From: Phoronis australis
Lineage: Eukaryota; Animalia; Phoronida
Assembly: GCA_002633005.1 (NCBI GenBank)
Contig: NMRA01000008.1
Span: forward strand, 1,506,206 to 1,570,205
Length of the DNA: 64,000 nucleotides
Direction of reading: 5' to 3'
Position 1 is the first letter of the stretch. Each line of letters opens with the position of its first letter. Made by a program: the position numbers and the translations under genes. The notes under the pieces were generated by a model. The model made no database searches. It was not told where the DNA came from and was given only the letters and a program-made list of their open reading frames with translations. Positions 22,901 to 34,900 of the stretch are shown here, one piece after another.

Positions 22901-25900
22901 TCATTTCTAAAATCTGTTAGTCTATTTACATTAATGTCAAGCCTGTTTACATTGACTTGGGTTTTGGTCTGGTCATCTCCACTGACAATCTAAAGGACCA
23001 TAGTTAAATCCCAGCTTGTTTCAAGAAAAAAAAACGAAAAAGGGTAGAAAAAATTGCTCATCATTGACCACCATGAGTGTACCATACACCCGGGCTTGTC
23101 CTTCTAAGAACCCTGTAACACCTGAAGATATCCGGGGAAATGACCGACTGAAACGTCGTGCCAATGTAAATAGGGTAGAGGTTGGTGTAAATAGACCACA
23201 AATTTTAGAAATGATAAAAAGAACACATAGTTGGGAAGAGCCGAAAATAACAAAGGATATAGCTGAAGAGAAAAGCCAGCAAATGTCAGCCCGTGGACCT
23301 GAGGTGGCTTTCTTTTTTGGTTGAATAGAGAATTAGGAGTGTCTTACATGCTTGGTTACGACCTGTTTACTCCTTTTGGACTCTATATCCTGCACAATCG
23401 ATGAACGCACGTCACCCGTGCATACCTCATAAATGGCCCCTTAGTTTCATCAAAATCATAAAAACATCGTCACCTTCAGGAAGAATGAGCAACTACTTGG
23501 CATGTCGGCTGCAGATCGATTGCTGATCTATTTGGGGATTAAATGGTTGAATTTAATGGGTTATATACGTTATTTGGTAATTGATAATCAAAAATATTAG
23601 GATTATGGTTATTTGCCACGGAAATTTGTAAATTCTGTGAAAGATGTCAGATTCTGTGAATTCCATGCATCATAAATTGTCACATTTGTAGGGATTCTTT
23701 GACAGCTTGATTTCTTAAACTAGTAGAAAAAGACGTGCTTTGTTGTCAAAAATCATTGCATCTTTTGCAACAATTATTTTTGAAATGTAGATGATATTAA
23801 AAACCCTTGTAGAACATGTTGTACAGTTTTCAAATCTTAAAGTAAACTCTTTGTTTGAAATTAATTCCAAAAAGGCATCCTTTAAGGAAAATTTTGGCAA
23901 CCCTCTTTTCGTTAGGAAACTGGTGGTGAAAAAGTCACCCTTCTGAGTGACATGTCATGTATACATTCTTCTATGGGAGTACCCTCTGAGTATGGTATTG
24001 CTTTCATATCCTTTATATTAAGGTCATTTCAAGTCTGCTACTGGAGGAGTGTGGATTCAAACTAGGGAGTTATCACATTTTGAAGTGCAAGTCATCACAA
24101 GATGGTGCTCTAAAATGTTACAAAAGTGTAATTTGTTTAAATTTGAGGAATGGTGTATATGGTTGTATCATAAATGGAATGTAGGGCTTATACCTGTAGA
24201 AAAGTGAATATTTGAACAAAATACAATCAGACTATTCCCCAACAGGTGCTGTTATTGACAGCAACACTTGCCAATGACAGTGAAGTTAACCTTTGATACC
24301 ACGAAGTGTCGATGCTCCCCTGTGAACTCTTTCACTGCCATTACCTCCTTTCAATGAGTTACCCAGTCACTGACAGTTTGAAGACATTGGTAATTTTACC
24401 AATTCGCAAAAGGAAGACATTTTTCGACTTTTTGCATTTTAAAAAAATTTTGGTTGATCACTTACCTGTCAAATTGGATTTATTTAATGGCCTCTAAACT
24501 GTTCAGCGTAGTTTTGTTAGACTGAAATTCAAAACGATTCAAATTCTGAATCCGAGTTTGAAATGTCAGATGTGATACAAGGTATGTAGTGGGCCAGCAT
24601 GATATATATTTCAACCTAAACCTTCATTGTTCGTTGATTTTTTTCATACTTGTGATCTTGAAATCGGTATAGTTGGATTGCAGCCATTCACTAACACATT
24701 CTTCATGGATTACACTGCTAGACTTTTTGTTTGACAGCTTAATACAGACTGGCTTATAGTGTCTAAACAATCGTCTTTCTTCAGGCCTCAGGGAAAGGCC
24801 TCAGGGGTACGGCTATGTAGCAAAACACCCTGAAGCTGCACTCCTGAAGAAAGGAGATTGTTCAGACATTACGAATGAGTCTGTATTAAGTTGTCAAACA
24901 AAAAATACAGTTGTGTTTTCAACGAAACTTGTGATCTTGAATACTCTACCTGGCAAATAGCAGCTTCAACATGTGATACCACAATTCTAGAATATTTTTA
25001 AATAACGCGTTTGCGTCTTACCCTCAAAGTTTCATAATAACTTCTATGCATCTTATCAGCATCGGGTAACACGTTGCGGTCTCATTCACACGTGCAATTC
25101 TGATGTCGTGCAGTTCTGATGTCGGTTGACCTGCCAAGTGACTTCACAGCTGACAATATTGCTTGTCTGAAACGGCTCTTGAAATTTGTCATTTTAGTGT
25201 AGAACAGAAGAAATAACAGTCAGTTTTCAAGTTTCACTTCGTTTCAACAAATGTTCAAAATTTTGCCATAGTGTCGGTGACAGCCAATCCATGCTAGCAT
25301 GTGAGTCCAAACCTTAGTCATGTGTTTTTGTTTAGACATTTGACAAAATCACATGTGTCCCATGGTAGATCTGAAATTGATTAACTTCCACAGTACTTAG
25401 GCACAGACTTAACACTTAGATTTCTTTGGTTGGGCTTTAAAGCAGTTGGGCTCTTATTCGACAATTGATATTGCACTGGTGATGAAGTACATAGTGCTTT
25501 TGTGTTGCTACATAGTCATTGGTCTGATTGTGGGTGCTATTAGAGATTAGCTATCAGTGTGAAGTAGGTTCCTAGCCTGCATTTCACTATAGATATTTAC
25601 AAGTTCAGATTATTCGTATTTTGCTGACTCATATTATCAATGAGAAATAGTGTATTTATAGACATTATAGGAGATTGGTTATTCCTCTCCTGCAGTTTAC
25701 TTTGCTGAGATTTACTAATTACAAGTTGAGAATCTTTCTCAACTCCCAATTTGAAATTTATAGATTCCAGAGATTTTTATTTATAAAATCTTTTCCTTGT
25801 ATCTCTTTTGCATATAATGTCCGTGTCTCTGCCGTATCAAATATGACATGGATTAAAATCATACTCTGAGAATCTGATCATCATTCCAAGGTTATCAACT

Positions 25901-28900
25901 GACTTTAGATTGCTAAGATTCTCTTCTGACATTCTCATGAGAATATAAACTTGAAAAAACATTCAAAGGTGCTGTAAGCCGCCTTGTGTCAAAACTTTCG
26001 ACTGGTGAGTTCTGGACTTGTTTCTTACTAATTAAAAGCGGTTTTTGTACTTGGCAAGAACTGACAGGTCGATGTTTGAGGCCACACTGGGCACGTAAAA
26101 TGACCCACTGGGTCAAGCTAACTGAGACAGCATTCAGATGCCTTCCAATGAGAAGACAGAACATCCGTCTGATCTACCTTTTTATCATCTCTCCCAGAGC
26201 TGCTGACAGATCTGCCTTCCTGGAGCGAGAAAGATACATTCTAATGGTTTACCCCTGATTAGGCTCTGTTCACCCTTGGTGAGCACACAATTGACTAGAA
26301 TATTAGTGTTCATCTCAGTGACGTTTTCGTTCATTTTCTTGATGTTCTCATTCATTTCAGTCTTCATTTTGTTCATTTCAGTGGTATTGACGTTCATCAA
26401 CTGCTGGGACGTACACTGGGCTGCCAGGGTGCAAGACGTCTTCACCTATGCTAAAGTCCTGGCCCTTGTTCTTATCATCATCACTGGATTTGTCAGACTC
26501 GGCTTGGGTAAGTTATTCACATCCCAGGTTGCACTGCTTGTACGATACCGTTTCCTCGTATTTGAACAAAAAAGAATCCCCAAAACGGTTATTTGTTCCA
26601 GTTTTCAAAGGCGTAGTATGGTGCTGAAAATACCCACTTTTTATGGATCTGAGAAATGGTTCTTTAGGCTCATGTGCATTCTAATATTGCAATACATTTA
26701 TCCAGAAATGGTGAAGGCATATTTGCCTGAGTGAATCGACCATTCCATTTTTATTACAAATTTCTAAGCGTCCATGCTCGGTTTACCGTCCAACCTCTGT
26801 TTTTTTGATTTCCCAGTTGAAGTGTCCCGGGCATTTACCCGGGTGAGTACGGTAAATATGAAGTATGAAGTGGAGCGTTACGACTTGACGAAATGACATG
26901 TCTCCAAACATGTTGCTTTTTTGTTTGCTCATATTCTACATGTCACATTTTTATGTTTGCTTGTTATGTCTCGACAGCTTTGATTTTGTCGTCGAGCTTT
27001 TGTGAAGCGGCGCATATGCAACGATTCTTATTGCCGATATCGTTGGCAATAAAATGGTATCGTATGCACTGGCCTTAATCACATTTATGTTTGTTTAATG
27101 TCTTGATGTCTGTCCAGCTGTACATAGTAATCGTCCAAATGTGTGTGTGTGTGTGTGTGTTTGTGTGTGTTTGTGCGTATAGCCTATTCACATGCTTAAC
27201 TGAGAAACATGCCTAGTAATTGTTTACTTAAAGTCGCTTTGAATTCTGGAGTATTCTCATGTGTTCAGCTTCTGTTAAAGAAACCCCCTTTTCTAGGTCA
27301 CTCCTGTGGTTGACTTTGGTGACTACTGCTCTTGTGTTTCTGGAGAGTAACACCAACTGAGTTAAACTGGCAAAGAATTGGTAAAAAATGCCGTTGGTAA
27401 ACCTGTCGTGGATTCATTCTTGAGGGCAAATGTGACAGTTCACCGGCAGTGGTTTACGACCTCTAAAACATTGAAAACCTACAATAAATTACCTCCAGTC
27501 TATTCGCCCATTGGGCATACATCACATTATCCCTCGTGGTCGTGGACAGCCCTCCAGAGACCTGGGACTGACTCCACAGATCAAGAAGCGTTTAGATTTG
27601 TCAGTCCACATTTTTTATTCTACTCCACTGGAAGTGTGGCTTGCAAAGCGCTTTGCGCGAAATAAAGTTTCCCGTTAGCATAATTGCTTCGTTTGATGTT
27701 TGCCATGGCAAATAACGCAGTTGTTAGCGGTAATGCACCCGCTAAATTTGCCGCACAGGCGAAAAGCGCTATTCCGAGCATTCACATGCAAGTAAGAATA
27801 CCACTAATGGAGTATAGCAAGTTTCCTGGTAATCGTGTGCATGTGAATGGGTCTTATGTGTGATAACGTTATGGGTATGCTGAGCCATGTGTTAGTTCTA
27901 GTTTATTGATCAGAGATATCTGTCACAGAAGAGTACTTTTAGATTATAATGACATTTAAATGAAGGGAGCACAATAGATGACACTTGTGCAACAGCTGCT
28001 GTCTGTAAATTTTAGCTGCTCAGGAGATAGTTTTTACTTAGTGAAATGAAGTTTCTTTGTTCGTGTGCTACATATCACAATTCTTATCAGAGCAACGTGA
28101 AATGTACACACAACATGTGTTTTGCGATTGGCTGGGAGCCTATTGTTTTTGATTAAAATCGGAAACAAGATGGCTTTGTGGTGGCCATTTTTACCTTTGG
28201 TTGACTGTGGAGTTAAAGCTCCACTGTTTCCGGTGGAATTTTTTGGATTTTTTTCTTTGGATAGGTCATTGAAAGAATTATTGGGGATGTCTAGTTTGTT
28301 TTTCTCTAGGCCTTACTGTCCTCTAGTTACTCGAGATTTTCCAAGGAGTGGTCGTTCTTGGACGAAATCAGATGCAATACCAATATCTTTTCAAATTTGT
28401 TATTTAAAGAGATGTCATCACAGGCTGTCTTATACGTTGGTTTTGTCATGGACCTCACCTTTAATATTTTATTCGAGTTTACCAAGTGTCGCTCTTCAGA
28501 GCGCTCTCATTTACACGTCCACAGATCATACTTGTTGTAAGGTAAAATCTCGTTAATTTAGAATAAAAATAATCGGCTAATTTGACCTTTATTCATTTTT
28601 CAATGTCCAAAATTTCTCAAAACCCGATATGGAATTACGGAGAATTTATTTTGTGAGCTACTTAACTTCTATGAAAAGTGAAATAGAAGTTTGCTCGACC
28701 ACCAGATTGTGTCCTTAATTGATGAGATTTACTGTTATAAATGTCCTCCATATTGATTGTGTGAAAGCGATGGCTGACATTAAGGCTATTAAGGACCCGG
28801 CTAGAAAAATTCCAAATTTCGCCATCTTTGGAACAAAATATATCAGAAATCTACTCATTGGATTCGGATGAACTTCTATATAGTATGCTCTCTGCACAGT

Positions 28901-31900
28901 TCTCCGAAATGCTGTAACTAATTGTATTTAAAGTGTTCCACTCTTTCATAGGGGCCATCAAAATATTGAACTTAAATGGATTTTAATGAAGTAATTTAAA
29001 GTTGCTTAAAAGGAAATTAAGACATATTTCTAAAAACTGTGACAGAATTTTTGAGATTTCATCTTGAACATTTGTATCAAATGAAGTTTGGCTGTGTTAA
29101 TGATGCCATTATTTTGCTACAGCTGTAGCACTCTCGGCATGACGATATGCCGAACTTCCAAGCAACAGAATATTTGATTGGTTGATTAGGGGAATTCTTT
29201 TGTGTACGTCACAAATTTAAATATAGCCTTACCTTCATTTCTAACAGCTTTTCTGATTCGTTGCTGAGAGGTAACGTGAGTTATTGAAGGGGTTTTCCAA
29301 GAATTTAGATCGATGACTCGCGAAAACAGAATGTCGGCCGACGGCAATTCAGACGTAGACTTTTCAAATGACGAAATTGGCAATAATTTGTATACTTTTT
29401 ACTTAATTAATATACAAGATAACCCAAAAAGGAATTCTTATATATCTGGCCAGATTTTGTTGACTATTACGACAAAGAAGTTGAATTACATGGCTTTGAA
29501 CCGGAGGAAAACTTTACAGGTCGCGAATTTTGCAATTGGGTCAAACAAACGCCGTTGAACTCCGACAACTTCGCAAATTTTCTGAACATGTGGAGTCTTC
29601 TAGAGCGTACGATGGTTCTGATAAGCAAGTTGAGTACTTTAAAAATTTCTATATTGATGAAATATTCGGTGAAATTGTCAGGGTAATTAATTTGAACGCC
29701 CAAACGAAGCGCGAGTCACAACCGGAAGTCGACAGATTTGAATCGTTGAACCTAACGATCGCCTAATTTAAGTCACTTTATGGACTTCAAATGTAAATAG
29801 AAGATGTGAAATATGATCGAAAATGTATCTTAAGAAATTTTACTGAAGAATATTGACAACACTGTTACTCATAAATCATTTTTATTCTTTAAACGATACA
29901 TTGAATTGGCAAATTGGCAAACAAACACCGGCATTTCAGGTGTTACTTACCTGCATCACGTGAGAGAGTGGGATTTTTTAATTTTGGTGAATTTGTAGAT
30001 AAAGTTCATTCTGTTCTCTACATTTTGGTGTATTACACTTTGAAATTCAATTATAAATGGATTGTTTATGGAATTTTGAAAACAAGCACCTCAGTTCAGC
30101 CCATGTGTGCTAAGTTACTTGGGGTTCAGGGACACAATGGCCGACAGTTACTTGGAGTTGAAAGAGTTAAGGTCAAAAGAGCAGTTGGTGCTGATCTGTA
30201 CTAACTGTCTACAAATGCCTGCCCACATCAATTTCAGCTAATGTCTCATGTTATTTGCTATTTGTTATTTGTTATTTCAGCTAATGTCTCATGTTATTTG
30301 CTAAGTTACAGCAAGGCAAGCCAAGCGAGGGAGTGAAAAAGTGATTATCTGGCAAAATGTCGTACGGTGTACTCGATTTTCAAAAATAACGCCAGACCAT
30401 AATCAACTTTTTTGCCTAATTTAATATTCTGTATCAATAAGTGCCACTTTTATATTCAGTTGTCAGTTTTGTCCAGCACACACGTGCGGCAGAACTGACC
30501 CATACCTAATGACCAAATCCAGGGGACCAGATTTGTCACTCACACTTATTCTTATAAGGACTGGAGTTTCAGGCTACGGAGCAGTTTCATTGCGTGTGGG
30601 TAATTTAAGAGTGCGTGTTTGGGGATTTGCAGATATGGTACTGGGGCTGAGAGAATCATAGTAGGATAGTTTCCACTCCCTGAAAATGTGAAACTCAGCT
30701 CTGCAATGGAATCCAGTTCTAACACATTCTAGTATAGAAGTTCACTAAATTTACTTAGATTATGTCAATATATTGTTACAATATCAATTTCATTCTTCAT
30801 CGATTTTCTGACGACATGGTTACTAAGTGAGTGCTTAACATAGTGTGATAGTTTGTGATAATTTTGAATAAATTTCATATTATTGGCAGCCTTTCATTTT
30901 AATGGTTTTTAGTATCAACGTGCTTGTGCAAGTCGGAGTAGTTATTAGTGTATTATGTCACGCTTAGATATAGAAATTTCAAAGGACCGAGCCTTGTTTT
31001 GTATTGCAATTAATGTATTCTTTTTTTTGGTGAAGTGCAATTTCTTCAAGTCTTTTGCTTTGCCATAAAATTTTGTTTGTAGCAGTGTTCGCATGCTACA
31101 GGTCACACTCGTATGCGAGTGGAATATAAAAAAGTTGTATATTGGGAATAGCTCGAAGCCTATTGTTTTTGGTTGAAATCGGCCGCAAGATAGCATTGTG
31201 GCAGCCATTTTTTGTTTGTGGAGCTATTGCTCCACTGTTTCTTGTGGGATTTTTTCTGTGGATAGATCATTTCAAGAGCTATGGGAAATTTTGTGCATTT
31301 GGTTTTTCTCTTGACTTACTGTTTTCAAGTTATTCGAGACTTTCCGGTGACTGCTTGATAATCGATTGTGTTTTGATGTTGTATCTCTGGTGTTCCTGGA
31401 CGGATCTTTCAGGAAATTGGTATGTGGATGGATCTCGACGAGTAGTACCTGCAATGTGCCATCCATTTCTAGCTACAACGTACTGTCTCGAGATATTCGA
31501 GATTTACTGGTTAAATGAAATGTTCTTTTAGTGACTTATTTCTAGCTGCACTATGGTGATCCATCGTAATCGTGCTTAAAGTCGCATTTTTGTAGGATTG
31601 ACATTAATTTTTAAGTACAACGCTTATCTAGTCAATAGCTCGAGGACTCTGATTTGTGGGCGAAATTAGACACAAGATGGCGCTGTGGCGGAAATTTTTG
31701 TAATAATGTTTGCGGAACTATAGCTTTGCAATGCGTTGACCGAGCCTTCTCAAATTTGGTATGTAAATAGATCTCAAGAGCTATCTGTTGTGCATCATTC
31801 GTTTCTCGCTATATCTTACCGTTCTCGAGCTATTTGAGATTTTTTCGGATTTGATAACTCATTAGCTAATCCCACAATGCTCTTTTAATGGGTTATCATT

Positions 31901-34900
31901 TACTGTGCATTGAAAACCTGACTTAGTTAAGTTTCTAATTACAAACTTAGTCTGCAGGATTCAATAGACATAATCATGTGGGCGTTTCTATTATGTTACG
32001 GACATGGTGATAATGGTAGGTTGTCATTTGGACAAGTGCAATATGTTTCATCCTTATGTTTAATTAGTTTGCCTAGCTGCTGCCATGTTAAACAGTTACA
32101 CAATCCTTCACAAGGGTGCTTTTTCACAATTCTGTCTGTTGAAACATGATGTCTAATACCCACTTGAAGCTGGGCAGGACTGAGAAATGTGCTCTTAAAG
32201 GGACATTATGTATTTTACGACCGGAAAATGTATTTTCGAGATTATTGTTAAATATGATTAGCTTTGACCAAAGCTTCGAAACAATAAAAATCTTGTTTTC
32301 TTATTTTATTACGAATTGTCAATTTTCGTTGTTGTCTTCCAGACATTCACTGAAATCAAACTCAATGACTTAATCAGTTAAATACGCCATAAGTGTCGTA
32401 CATTGAGTACAATTTCAAGTTAACTCAGCAGAGCATTTGGATGCAATGCAAAAGTTTCAGGTTTGAATCCATGCCGAAGTTGATCTCGGAGAAAGGATTT
32501 CCTTACCCATAATGTCATTTTAATGTTATTTTATTGTCGATCAGAATCTCCTCTTGTAAGACTGCCTGTATGCAGCTCCGCATAATACGCGTAGAAGCTG
32601 TATGTTGATCCACTCCTATTGTTCAAATGTGTCCCAACTCGTTCATTCTAGGGTACCACGAGCATTTCCATGAACCATTTGAGAACACTCTCAACGATGT
32701 GGGCAAGGTGTCCCTGGCATTCTACTCTGGCCTCTTTGCTTACAATGGATGGTAAGTTCTAGACGCATTATTTTTGTTGCGCCTTGCCATCAGCAATCGT
32801 CCTTGCTGCATATTCTTCAGCTAGACAAAGCATGCAACATGCTGCTGGTGGCGTTAACTTTTGTTACTTTTTATTGTTCAAACAATGTCTGACTTTTTGA
32901 CACATTGGTAACGTTGCTGTGCGAAATTGATAATTGGGATTTTATAGCTGCATTTTGCCCTTTTTTGCTGTTGCTTAAAACATGTTTTGAAATCTTTACC
33001 GAGGAGCTGAAATTAACTGCTGATTTGCCGTATACTGATGGAAAATGGTCACTGTTTCTTCACATACTGACTCATTTTTAATGGAAGTCCCTGAGCACTA
33101 TTTTCGAATTTCATGTTTGGCCTGCTTGGGGGTTTGTATACTTACTTTTTGGCAACAGAAAATAAGTTCAGTCATGATTGAAAAAAGGTAACTGTTTTTC
33201 ATGCTTCAGTCATAATAAGGAAAATTTCGAGACCAATTTACAAAAGAAAAGGGCCTGCTTTGATATTTTTTAGCCAGCTAAACTGGGTGGAATGTAGCTT
33301 TAATGAATTAGTTCCCAGCCATGTGATGCTCTGTCACACTTGGTCTACTACTGTCACAGTGGCTGCCACTTGCCAGATTGATTGGGTCAATAAAACTCAC
33401 TGCTAATATTGGATTGGTTTCTGGCATTGGAATTACATAACTTCTCAGCCAGATAGCTTCCCTTCCAGTGAGATAGCTTCCCTTCTGAAAACAAGCAAAC
33501 TGTTAATGGATTTTATGGTCTAGGAAGTTCCTAAGGTGTCAACACACAGTACATCAGCTAATCTCTCTGCCACCCTGTAGTTCTTCTGATGGTTCTCACA
33601 GATCTTGAAGACTCCTTGAATTTGGATCAAGGTCTTGAAAAGACCTTCAGTTTGAATATAGGTCTTGGAGGGGTTCTTGGTTTTTACACAAAGCCTCGAT
33701 TTTCCTAAACAATCTGAAATATGAGGATGTTAATTTCTGTTTGTGTTTTTATTGTTTTTATGTTGGTATCGTGATGGTCACCAAAATCAACGTGCTAAAA
33801 TGATACGCTAAAAATTTTCTTAGTCATTGTGATTCAAGTGAGATATGTGTAAACAGGCTCCCACCATACCAGACCCACTAGTCTCAACTCTTACGTACTT
33901 GTGCAGTACTTCAATTTTGTCCAAAATCTCCCTGAAAGCTTTTGAATTTTGTGACCACAATTCTGTATGAAGCATGAATTGTTTGGTTGGCGTGGGTGTT
34001 CGGAAGTGTCGTGTGTTATAGTCCAGCGTCCTCTCTACATGAATTCAGATGTGGCACTGAAAAACGTCTGAATAGTCTTGAGCCACGTTTGAAATCTCCA
34101 GATATATTTGAAAAGCCCAAGTATTTTCTGCTTTGTGAGACGAATAATTGAAGCTGTAACTGCCAACTCATATTTATTTTGTGTTTATTTGTCTGCTATA
34201 AAAATGACATTCTCAGTGTGTGAGAATAGTGTGTAACTAAGGTGCTGTCTGTGAATTAGCAGACAACGATGTGGACACGTACCACGCAATTTGCAGTGTT
34301 TGAACCTTGGCTTTGAGAGCACCCTGTAGGCACTCAGACATGGAGGTCAATAAGCTGTTAGCATGGCACACTATGTTGTTTTGGCTGCCTAGGTACACCT
34401 AAGTGGAGATGAGTCCTTTCCTCAGGTCTTTATCGAGAGTGAAAAAAGATTTTGTAGCATTCCCAACCCACAAGCACTACTCATGATAACTGAAACTTAA
34501 TTATGCTACAAATTTTTAATCTGTTTATCCACATAGTAGAAAACATCCCAGCATAGAAAAATAGGACTAAAAAACTTCAAATTTGACAGTTTTCTCCTCA
34601 AAATTGCCACTTCCCTGTGGTCATAGTAAGTCCCTTGCCAGATGCCCGCTTGGCAATTTTGAATTGTTTAACAGCTACCTGAAATTGCAACCAGACAGCA
34701 GGCGACAGGGGTTGAAAGCAAACTGCAGCTGCCATTTTGTATCTAAAGTAGGTCACGCCTTAAAAAACTTGGCTGTTCTCATTCAGGACGAGTTCTAACG
34801 CACAAGCAGTTCAGTTTCCTTGAAATTATTTTCAACGCATTTCTCAAAACAGCTGCCAACCCCGACACTTTCCCTTTATTTAAATTCTAGGGACTAGAAA

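Noticed and set aside
26185-26445. - strand ORF with repeated TEMN motif
   Set aside because: Antisense reading of the 21-nt acceptor repeat
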